Assembly: GCA_964187785.1 (NCBI GenBank)
Contig: OZ076409.1
Span: 33,978,001 to 34,042,000, forward strand
Direction: 5' to 3'
Length of the DNA stretch: 64,000 nucleotides
Origin: Amphiscolops sp. MND2022
Taxonomy: Eukaryota
Under the pieces are notes generated by a model. That model made no database searches, was not told the origin of the DNA, and saw only the letters and a program-made list of their open reading frames with translations. The translations under genes were made by a program, and so were the position numbers. Positions 54,244 to 64,000 of this stretch are shown one piece after another (the stretch's first letter is position 1; each line of letters opens with the position of its first letter).

Positions 54244-54649
54244 TCACATGTTGAAGCTGCCATTTTGAGTAGTTTACTAGTTTCTGCTAGACATTTGAAC
54301 CAAATTCCCTCTGAACTAAGATTTTTCGTTTTCGAAAAAGACAAAAAGCAAGAATGCTTTTGTTTTGTTTTCTGCAGCCCATCATATATCTACAGCCTTC
54401 AGGTTTTTGACCACATCACAAATTGTAGACACATGAGTTTTGAATTGATTAAAATGGTGCCCGAGAGCCTTCAAGCCGAAGAATCACAATATTTCCTCCT
54501 GTAACAGCAGCACTCGCTTTCCGGAGCATACTGAAAAAAAAACAGAAAGAGTAGTCAATTGGTCAGCATTTACGGTATGCACCAGCTGGTCTAACCTAAA
54601 AAAGTTGTGTAAGTGAAAAAAAGAGGCTAGTCTTTCTTGGTTCTGGTGA

Positions 54650-56200
54650 AACTATTGACAAACTAATTGCAGGTGGTTTTCACCGGTCTGTTTTTCACAA
54701 GATAAAAGACTCTTTCGATTTACAATTCCTAGGATTTTGTCTTTTATCGTGGAAAAAAATTAGTTCACACCTGCTTCGAGTCAGATTTTTTCCTTTCATC
54801 ACTTCCTTCGGTAAAATACGTTTTCAGTTCTCTCTTTTGTTGCATATACAACACAATTCACTTGTGTTTGTAGTGCGCGCCATTGTTTGCAAAGATCTTC
54901 ATAGTGTCCCATCAAATCTATTTATTCAAAACTCAAGTCATTTGTGTTGTTGGGAAATTTCTCAGTTATTGGTATGCCACAATTTATCGCAATGTCTTCG
55001 ATACCCCGCAACCAATTGTGATTAGAATTGATTAGCTTCAACCAGTGGAACACTAAATGCTGAGGTTGTTCAAGTTGACCAGTTTCCAGTGAGGAAGCGT
55101 CCTCTGCCACATAGAAGACTTCAGCTCAGTTCAGTTCTTTTCAGATCACAGTATACACTTGCTTTGGTGCACGAGGTCCTTTTCTGATTCGTAGTATCTT
55201 CCTCGTGAAATTGTCTTTCTCTTCGATTTTTCATATCCCCTTATATCTCAATCAGACAGAAAAATCGGCTTGATCTGTGTTTCGAAAAGATGTAACGGTT
55301 TTTACTTTGACCTGAATTTGGCTTGAATATATTCAAGGATCATTTTTGTTTCCCAAACAAAAAATGATTTTGGTTGAAAAAAGTCCCAAAGATTTTTAAA
55401 ATTATTGTGTATGGTACCTTTCAATGTATGGGAACTTTTATTATTTAATAACACATATCTAACAGACATGAAAAACAATGTCCAAGCGATACATAAACTG
55501 GATGCCTATAGGCATCCAGTTTATGTATCGCTTGGACATTGTTTTTCATGTCTGTTAGATATGTGTTATTAAATAATAAAAGTTCCCATACATTGAAAGG
55601 TACCATACACAATAATTTTAAAAATCTTTGGGACTTTTTTCAACCAAAATCATTTTTTGTTTGGGAAACAAAAATGATCCTTTTGTTTCGATGACGGTTC
55701 TTTGTCCTTGCGTCAAAAGCTTTCTGCAGATTGTCTGCAGTTTCACTCAGAAGTACAATACATCTGCATATAGAAGAGCGAATATTTTTGACACCATTCA
55801 GGATCTGGGACATCCGTACTTACAATCGTATCCGTGCACACTGGTCCCTGAACACTTCCGAGTAATCATATGTTCAAAATCTCTAATAAAAATTATAAAG
55901 AGAAGGGTCGATAGCGTATCCCTTTTCATACACCCATTCGAAAGTTGGAGACATCTAACAACTTACCATTGACTCTAACACATGCTTTCGTTTTTTCGTA
56001 CAGGTTTCGTATCACCCCTAACACTGTACCTTTTAGAAGTATTAGAGAAAAATTATTTGGGCAGCAGAGATAGCACGATAGTGTAACCCGTTTTTACCTG
56101 CAACAACTACGCTGCCCACCACGTTGCCCACGTTGATCGCTGCTAGAAATATTGCTTCTGGGATTTTTGCTTTCAGTGTTGATCTGCTACTGAGACCTTT
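54650..56200 (-). pseudogene. Decayed LINE ORF2 (reverse transcriptase plus C-terminal Cys/His remnant); boundaries approximate
   Basis: Minus strand NGCMKRDTLSTLLFIIFIRD...FALLYAD (compare GVxQGDxLSPLLF...LLYADD), RAPKQVY...NWL..I..I, and CEKQTGENHLQLVC, with many stops. Confidence 0.7.
55335..55682. repeat. Perfect 348-bp palindrome (174-bp arms, no spacer)
   Basis: Centre gatgccta|taggcatc at 55508/55509; the arms read as exact reverse complements. Confidence 0.96.
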
Positions 56201-56545
56201 GCTATTGATTTGGGTACCTTAGGAATAACGTTTGGGAAAACTAAAGGGGTACGTACTGTAACGGCAAGCTCTGGTACAGCAATATCAACCGATTTTGCAA
56301 CTTTGACATGTTCAGAAATTTTGTCAAAAATTCTAATCCGATGTGTGACGTGGCACTGAGCATGTGATTGCTCTTTTCGCTGTTTCCACGAAATTGGCAG
56401 GTACTTCGACAACAAAGAGCAAGAACGAGCAAAAAGACGGGCGCGCCGCCATGCCAGAAGCCAGAGACGGCAAGAACATCCGAAAATAGACTCTTTTTGA
56501 GGTGCTAACACCGGTTTTATCGATTTTCAGCATTATGCTACCCTA

Positions 56546-57029
56546 TGTAGCGGAAACCGTAAAAATGAGTCTTTTCGCCTAAAGATCCTTGTTTGGTGCT
56601 TGGAGCCCCTGCGCCCCAGCTTTTTAGCTGTGTGGTTTGCCATATTCGTGCCTGTTTTCATGTATTTTCAGTGATTTTGGCTGTATTCAGTAGCGTTAGC
56701 GCTAGTTTAGATCTTATTCCCCAATTTTAGATCTTATTCACATGTCACCCTGGAACTGGAAATTTACCTTATTCTTGGCATTGTTTTTATATGCTAGTTA
56801 AGCGGTGGTCTTTAGAGAGTCAGAAAGATGCCCGTTACTATTAGCAATCAAAGACTAGGACCGGTTGGACAGTATTCGTCGAAGCACCCGCGGCCCCGGG
56901 ACGTATTTCACCCCTGGAGGCAAAATGGATCTGTGGCGATGGGCGCCTGTCCCGAGCGATTCACCCATTCCTGCAGGTTCCTCCACCTCTGTTAACGCGT
57001 TAAGCGACCGATAACTGCTTGCCGTTACA
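56546..57029 (+). repeat. 5' LTR of an LTR retroelement
   Basis: TGTAGCGG...CCGTTACA (8-bp terminal IR with one mismatch), followed by a PBS. Confidence 0.72.
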
Positions 57030-57044
57030 TGAGACCTCATTTTT

Positions 57045-57061
57045 TGGCGACCACAGAGGGA
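57045..57061 (+). promoter_or_regulatory. Primer-binding site, tRNA-Arg-like
   Basis: TGGCGACCACAGAGGGA is complementary to UCCCUCUGUGGUCG-CCA, resembling the 3' end of eukaryotic tRNA-Arg(UCG). Confidence 0.72.
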
Positions 57062-58130
57062 TCGCTTCCGATTACTGCCCTATTGTATGGTTTTAAAATT
57101 TCCGACCCCCTGGTATTGGACGCCAAGAACGATTGGACTCTGGAAGGAGACGTTTACCCAGAGTTTTTCCAAATTTTTTAGATGATATGACATTATATTT
57201 TGGTATTTTTCCTGTATTTCGGGGGATTTTCCCGAGTACCTTTGGTATATTTCGATAACAGGTACTTGTTGACAGATATCGTCTAAAATTGCAAGGTTCC
57301 CATCAGCGGGTATCTTTTTTGCAGGTGTAGAGGACCGTAGCACGTGGCTACGGGTGTTTAACAGGTTTTTTGAGCTATTTTCAGCCATTTTATGCCATGC
57401 AAGAAGGTGACTGGTGGATGGTTAGCCACGAGCCAGCGAGGCGGCCGAGGGGTCAAATCGTGTGTTGCCTACTTCCTACTCCCATTTCTCGTGGAGACGT
57501 CCTAGAGGCATGGTTTTTGGTGGACAGCAAGTGCAATAGCAGACGATGCTAATGGTCCAAACCGCGTGTCTCTATCTGGTCTGGATGTGGAGAAAAAGCG
57601 TGGTGAAGATGTACCCCCTGTGACCAGAAGTGTCGCTCAAATGGCTCATGGTGGGCGAAAATTTTGAAAATGAACCTTTTTCGATGGGTAATTGTTTGGT
57701 AAGCCTAGTTTCCTCTTGTTGCAACTTAGTGTGTGCTTTTGCACCCGTTGTCAGTGAAAAAAGTGCGATTTTTAGTGCAAAAGTCGCAAAAACGTGATTT
57801 TTGGCATTTTTGAGTACTTTTCTTGGTACGAGCGCGAGCGCTCGAAGTATTAGCCATAGCAGTTGCAAAAATGAATAGAAAGCAGCCCAAAACCTGGAGG
57901 GTTATGCTACATAATGTAACGACAACCAGAAAGGCCGTTGGAGACCTTTTTGAGACACATTTTGCATGAAAAAACCCGGTTTTTGGCGAAATTGGCAAAA
58001 AACCACTACGAAATGCCACTGGGAGAGTGCTGGATTGTGATGTAATTGCCTCTTCCGTGCTGCTATTAGTTTGGGGCACACTCCACAGTACCGAAAATAG
58101 GATTTAAGAGAGTTTGTAACGTTTTCTTGG

Positions 58131-58520
58131 TGAGAACAAGTTGAAAAACCTTGAATTTTGGCCAGTTTCAGGAGTGCCAGAGTGCATCATTAAAACCTCT
58201 GGGGCACTCAGTGTTTTCGAGACCTGGGAGCCCGCGCGCTCTCATTTTCTGTTTTTGTAGTAAAAAAAACGCATTGTGGTGAAAACCGCGTGCAAAAATT
58301 CCTTTTCAGTGCTGAGAAAAGTTGAAAAACCTTGATATTTAGTCAGTTTCAGGAGTGTCTGAGTACACAATTAAAACCACATGGGCACTCTGTCTTTTTG
58401 TTAGCTAGGAGCTTCCGCGCTCTAATTTTCTGTTTTTATCATAAAAATAACGCGTGGTGGTGAAAACCGCGTGTAAAAACTCCCATTCAGTGCTGAGAAA
58501 AGCGAAAAAACGCACTGAAT
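58131..58520 (+). repeat. Diverged tandem repeat, about 182-bp unit, just over 2 copies
   Basis: tgagaa(c)aagttgaaaaaccttga...gtggtgaaaaccgcgtg...ttcagtgc repeated. Confidence 0.85.
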
Positions 58521-58959
58521 TTGATCAATTTTCCACAAAATCGGACTGTCTCTGAGCTAGGGTCGGGTCATCGATTCCTGAACCCTAGCCAAAAAGTGGT
58601 TGCATTTTCGTAACCACCACAAAAATTAACGTTAGTGCCGAAAATTTGGTGGGCGTATCGCTCACCAAAGTCGAGAAAAGCTCTCTGACATTTCGACCTC
58701 AGAGAAGCGTAAAAGGACCGAAAAAATCCAAAACTGCAGGACTGCCAGTGCCTTATACCTAACGGGCACAACCAATTGAGGGTTTATCCCAGTGCTACGG
58801 ATAGTGGGGCGACACGTTGGTCCCATTTTGCCCGCCGTATCACTTTCTGAGGTGATCCTCTTGGTCAATTTGTGAAAAAAGTCGTCAAAAACAGTGTTTT
58901 TTCGTGTACAACGTACATCGTGGGTCGAAACCTCAAATAAGCGCTCGCATTTCAATTCG

Positions 58960-60900
58960 ACCATATCAGTGGCATTGTAGGTGCCCACTGGCATTAACTA
59001 CCAAGTTTGGTGCCGATCTGTGTGATACTTGACGAGAAAATAGGAAAAACGTGGCACCCAAAAAGGCGTGCAAAAAGGCAGTTTTTTCTTAATTTTTCCG
59101 AGTAACCCGGGCACCTCAGCCGACGGGTGGGGCTATATTGCAGCCCACCATCGTAATCTGTGCTAGTTCCTACGTTGCTGCAGAGAATTTGAGCTTGCTA
59201 GCTTTTTCCAGTGGACCGCAATCTTGAAAAAGACGTGAAAAACAGTGCTTTTCGGTACATAGTGATACCGCACGTCTGTACCTAGGTGAAACTGTGTAGA
59301 AGGGGTGCAGCTCAATTCTGTGTTTGTTTTCGTAAACCTGCGTGTACCTAAGATCTGCTGGTCAATTTTGGGCTTGATACAGCGCTTCCAGCGCACACAC
59401 GAGCCTCTTGAGTGTTGTGGTGCGATTTTTGGAAAATTCAAAAATAGTTCGAATTTATTCCTGTGGGTGACTGGAGACTTCTTGCCCCAAACCAGGTTGG
59501 TTTTCTGGCCCACCGTGCTTGTGGAAGAGCGCGGTGCAAATTTGAACAACCTACGAGCCTTAGAACGTGTCTTGAAAAATCCTGGACGTTGAGAAACATC
59601 AATTTTCTTAAGTCTTCACCGAGACGAGCAGAGGGCCAAATCCTTGAGAAGACCCCCTGCAAGCCTACCACCGTCTATTTCACTACTCTAACAGCGTGGT
59701 TGGTGCCTACTGACAGCGTTTGCCAAGTTTGGTGTCAATTGGTACTGTATCTGTTGAGAAATTGACTAAAACAAACTGCACAAGAAGGTGCGCAAGAAGG
59801 CGAATTCTACGAAGTCTGGTGGGATTGCCTGAACACCTTATTCAAGGAGTGGGGCCAAATTGCTGCCCACTATCGTAATCAGTGCAAGTTTATCGTATTG
59901 TTGCCGAAAAAACGAGCTTGGGAGCTCTTTGCTGTTTGCCGGAATCTGAGTTGACACGTGAAGAACACTGCATATTGGAACACGGTGATACCGAACGTCT
60001 GTACTGTGTTGAAACTTCACCTAATCATCTCAGCACAAATCAGCTATTATTCCCTTGTACCTCAACTTACGTGGGACTGTGTGGTTGATTTTGAAGCCGA
60101 TCCTGCGTTTCTAGCGTTAGCGCTAGCCTCTGGAGTTTTTTCAAGTGAAGCTGAAAAACCCAAAAAAAACATCTGAAAAACCTCTGACCTGTGACTGGAT
60201 CCTAATATCCCAATTCTGGACTCACTTGTTGGGTCAGTGCATCAATCCGGAAGTGCTGTATACCTTCCAGCACGCTACAACCCTTGGAACTAATTTCGAC
60301 TCTTCTTGGACGTGCATGGTCATTGTATCAGTTTAAGGTTTCCTCGAGACGAAAACTGGAGAAGTGGGAAAAAAGCCAGTTCTACGTGTTGGAAAGCTGT
60401 TGAAACCCCTATTTTGAACTCCCAGCAGTTAGTTCATTGCTGTGCGTGTGATATTTGATCAGTATCGAGTGGGCTGCCTTGCTGGATCATAGCATTTTGT
60501 TACTTGAAGTCGTGCTATCCTGTGTATCGTAACGAATTGGATCATTTTTTCGGAACTATCGGCGCACCTTATTGAAAAGTTGGGACTACATTGCCCTGGA
60601 CTATTCTTATTAGTGTCATTTGGTGCACCGTTGCTGAAAAAGTGAGCTCGAGAGCTCAGCACTGTGGACGAGAGTCTTTGATTGCATGTGAAAAATCGTG
60701 TCAATCGAGACACGGTGATACGGAACGTCAGTATCAGATCTAAATCTTGCCCAGTGGTCTGAATTCTCATTGGTTGTTACTGTAGTGTAGCTGGCTATAC
60801 TTGTGATCGCGTGACCAATTTTGAGCCCGATACCACGTTTCCAGCACTTGTAAAAGCCATTTGAGTGATTTTCGAAAACAGTTGAAAAATCCAAAAATCG
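58960..60900 (+). repeat. Highly diverged tandem repeat, about 720-bp period, about 3 copies
   Basis: gtgatacc/gg(c/a)acgtc near 59262, 59985 and 60714; ccaagtttggtg near 59001 and 59723; gcccac(c/t)atcgtaatc near 59143 and 59865. Confidence 0.7.
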
Positions 60901-61820
60901 TTGAAAAAGGCTCTAGCTCGAAGCTGGAGGCAATTATCAGCTACGGAAGGTTATTTTTCTGACTTGTGTGGCTGACGAAACGTGCTGTGTTATTTGGTAC
61001 CCAGTACGATTGGTAAAACTGAATTTGACTTTGTTCAGACACACGTTTTGAACGAAAATCCCGAAAACGCCAGAAAAACTATCAGTGTAAATCCTCAATA
61101 CTTCCGCTGTACAGGAGGCAGACCCAAAAAGCCTTCATTTTCCAACGGAACGGACCCAGTAGACCTTCCTGGGTGTAAACGAGGCAAATCCCACGGTTCA
61201 AAAAAATTGCCGGCAGGGGTCATAAATTTTGGACTCCTCTGGAACTTTGAAATTTGATCCTGAACAGTTCAAGGCAGCAGTTTTAAGTGCCTGCGACGCA
61301 CTCTGGACTACATTTTCCAAACGAAAATCGCTAGGAATTATCTTGAGCAGGGTTTTCGATATCCAAAAGAGACCCTGAGTGTTCCGACTTAGCCAAAATC
61401 ACGAGATTTTGAGAGGAGCAACTTCCTAGTGACAATAATTTGACCGGATTGCCCGAGTGTAACACCTTTTTGAACGCTCTGGTGCCTCATTTTGGTGTTA
61501 TTCCGCTGCATCGAGTAGCATCAACGCCGAACATTACGCCAAATTTGCAGAGAACTCTTTTGGGCAATTGCAAAATACCCAAATCTCTTGAGGTTGAGAG
61601 GTCGACAAACCGCTCGACTGTCTGTTTGGTGCGCACTATCCAACTTGGCTGCAGCAATTTGCTCTAGAGCAAAATTTTCTAGTCCACTGAGCAGTCTGCA
61701 AAGTGTTGAGCAGTTTTCAGCACGCTGTGATTGCTAGAAATTCTCTTGACTTTGACCCTGACACTGAACTTGGGTACATTGGCGGTTCTAGTCAAGCAGT
61801 TGGAAGCCTGTAAAGCTGAA

Positions 61821-63095
61821 ATGAAACGTTGGAAAATCTTCCACCGCCTCCGTTCCTTTTTTAAAGGGAAAAAGAGTGTCAGTGCAGCACAACCAATGGA
61901 TGTTCATGATGTTCAACCTCAAAATGAATCCCAAATGGTAGATGAACATGACCGATCGACGAAGTTAGAGGATTTGAACTTGAAAGATTGGCCTTTGGAG
62001 GATAGTTTCAAACCTGTCTCCAATTTTCTAGACTCAATGCCATCTAACTCTCAGGATACCGAGCCGGAGAGGAGCATAAGGACTCCCAGTCCTAGTTTAG
62101 TATCGTCGTCTAAAAGATCTTCTCTCCATGAAGCCAGTATTCAGTTTTATCAGAAACAGGATCAACAATTAGAGGCCCTGGAGCAACAGATGGGTGAAAT
62201 ATCAATCTCGTTGGTACAAAGTGAGATACGTATGGAGAAATTGTTAGCACGAGTGCTAGCACAAATGCAGTCGATAAATGCAGAAGTGCAGGCACACCTC
62301 AGAAATGCCGAGATCAATGTTTCAAACGACGTCAAATCAGAACCATTGACACCGCTAACAAAAGACATGGAGGTGGACCCAATATCTTTGGACACTACAA
62401 CTATAGGTATTACTGACACTTTGCCTGAATATCACGCCGGTGATAATGGGTTGCGCGAGCGCAACCTCTACTCAAGTGATACGAAGAATGAACGAATATC
62501 TATCTCATCCTCCATTTCCCTATCGCAAGATTCTGTAAGCAACTCTCACTTCCCTGGAACAAAGTCCCTAATATCAACTACGAAGTTGCTACCGAATTTG
62601 CTGAAAGACTCCTTGGAGCCACATTCTGCTAAACGTGGGCTACAGGATTTTATTCAGGTGGACCCGCCAATCTTCATCAATTGGTTGCCTGGTGGTTCAG
62701 CTAAAACTCGACCAACTGGTCATAGACGTGGTCGACCACCGCGCACAGACTTTGAGCACTCATGGCAAAAAGTTCTGCTGTCCCTTTATGATGGACGTCG
62801 CCGTGGCCGTCCACCACGCCCAGCTTTACCATGGTCGCTTCGACCGAAGGGACATAGGCGTGGCCGTCCTCCGAACAACTATTCCAGTCTTGAGACAGAC
62901 CCAGTCTCCAAGATTTTCTTTACCGGATTTCCTGATGCTTCATGCTTGTTGCACGTCCTGCTGCTATTGGATGGTGATGTCCAAACCACACTCCACTTCT
63001 TTTCAAAGGGGGAGGAGGTGTCGTCAACGCCTAATTTGTCCTGCTGCATTTTTATGTCAGGCATTCAATTTTGTCCATTCCTCACTATCATGTGA
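61821..63095 (+). CDS. Orphan retroelement-associated protein (424 aa from the first ATG; frame open from 61731) with a predicted coiled coil and three AT-hook-like repeats
   Basis: Longest ORF in the window. Three G(H/R)RRGRPP repeats with different synonymous codons. Reads through the PPT into the LTR-like unit. Confidence 0.6.
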   Translation: MKRWKIFHRLRSFFKGKKSVSAAQPMDVHDVQPQNESQMVDEHDRSTKLEDLNLKDWPLEDSFKPVSNFLDSMPSNSQDTEPERSIRTPSPSLVSSSKRSSLHEASIQFYQKQDQQLEALEQQMGEISISLVQSEIRMEKLLARVLAQMQSINAEVQAHLRNAEINVSNDVKSEPLTPLTKDMEVDPISLDTTTIGITDTLPEYHAGDNGLRERNLYSSDTKNERISISSSISLSQDSVSNSHFPGTKSLISTTKLLPNLLKDSLEPHSAKRGLQDFIQVDPPIFINWLPGGSAKTRPTGHRRGRPPRTDFEHSWQKVLLSLYDGRRRGRPPRPALPWSLRPKGHRRGRPPNNYSSLETDPVSKIFFTGFPDASCLLHVLLLLDGDVQTTLHFFSKGEEVSSTPNLSCCIFMSGIQFCPFLTIM

Positions 63096-63316
63096 AAGAG
63101 GGTGCTCAACAACTAAGGCCCGGGGAGTCAACTAAGGCCCGGGGAGCCTCAGTTGAAGACAAACACCCCTACACTCATCAACTCAATTGGATAACACCTG
63201 GAGGATATCACTACGTTTGGTAATGGATACCTTGCAGCGTGATGTTCTTGTTGGAGCAGTTTTTTCTGCAACTTTGTTTCGTAATTTTAGTAGTCATGTA
63301 AACGTACGTCGCGACA
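63019..63316 (+). repeat. 3' LTR-like unit preceded by a polypurine tract
   Basis: aaagggggaggagg (63005-63018), then TGTCG...CGACA; internal duplicated caactaaggcccggggag. No partner copy seen in the window. Confidence 0.55.
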
Positions 63317-64000
63317 TTTTTGTTCTAGTTTTATTTGAGATGTTTGAAATCAAATACTTCTGTTAATTCAATAAATAACCCAAAAACTCTACATGTATTG
63401 CTACGCCCGAAAGGTGCTATTTTTGTTTTTCCAAGATTTCCAGAAGTTTCCTCCAGATTCCAATGTGATATCCGGAAAAATAAAGAACGCGCGCGATCCT
63501 GATCTGCAAATGGCAGGATTTGATCTACCTTTGTCTGCTTTACTCCAGTGCTTGCTCTTACGAGCAGTTCGTAGTTTGCTTCTGATGCGCTCCTTGACAG
63601 ATGCTACTGAACTCTATACAGGTATGGAGCTGCACATCAGTGCGTGTTGTCCAAACTAAGCCGAACTGTAAAAAAAGTATCAAAGAAACAGCTCGTTTTC
63701 CTTTTAAACAGTGGTTTTGCTGCTGAAAAGAAGTTTTAGCGAAAAGAACTTTTAACTGTGCTGCAGACTGAAATTTTATTGCCGTGGAAAAGATGTTTTG
63801 CTGAGAACCACGTGCGCTTCGGAGTGTGAGCGCTCCGTAAAAGAAATTTTAGACGTCCAAAAACCAAAGTGCTAGCAGGATCCTATTCAGACTTTTGCAG
63901 AAAACTCGTGCTAAAAAAGTGGTGCTTTTTTGATTGATGTATGGAATCTTGGATTTGATTAATTTCAAGGTGCATTTTTGAGTACTGGTTTTCTAGCTCT

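Noticed and set aside
55335..55682. Viral or linear-replicon hairpin telomere
   Set aside because: The arm sequence is continuous with LINE RT remnants, and no protelomerase, NS1 or polB gene is visible.
62635..63135. Overlapping 166-aa ORF in another frame
   Set aside because: The repeat codon pattern is conserved in the 61731 frame, not this one.
63393..63659. Protein-like reading frames after the last LTR-like unit
   Set aside because: Short, with no recognisable motif, and the context is cut by the window end.

Overview
AT-rich, intron-containing animal (invertebrate) genomic DNA; the species cannot be determined from the sequence. There are two host genes. (1) An Eph receptor tyrosine kinase on the minus strand: six extracellular-domain exons (ligand-binding, sushi, EGF-like, FN3) can be spliced in frame between 13263 and 2815. 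Its first exon was not found and its 3' part runs off the left edge. (2) A complete four-exon UDP-glycosyltransferase (UGT, 521 aa) on the plus strand, 45846-51982. Most of the remainder is mobile-element debris: about ten copies of a Helentron/HINE-like family (several carrying tRNA-like B-boxes), two decayed Ty3/gypsy elements, CRE-like and LINE remnants, Merlin-, CMC- and hAT-like non-autonomous DNA elements, tRNA-derived SINE heads, a roughly 717-bp tandem repeat and two spacer-less palindromes. The most unusual block is 56546-63316. It reads LTR + tRNA-Arg-type PBS, about 4.7 kb of repeat-rich non-coding DNA, an intact orphan ORF with a coiled coil and three AT-hook-like GxRRGRPP repeats, a polypurine tract, and a second LTR-like unit that does not match the first. 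All calls were made by eye; no alignments or database searches were run.
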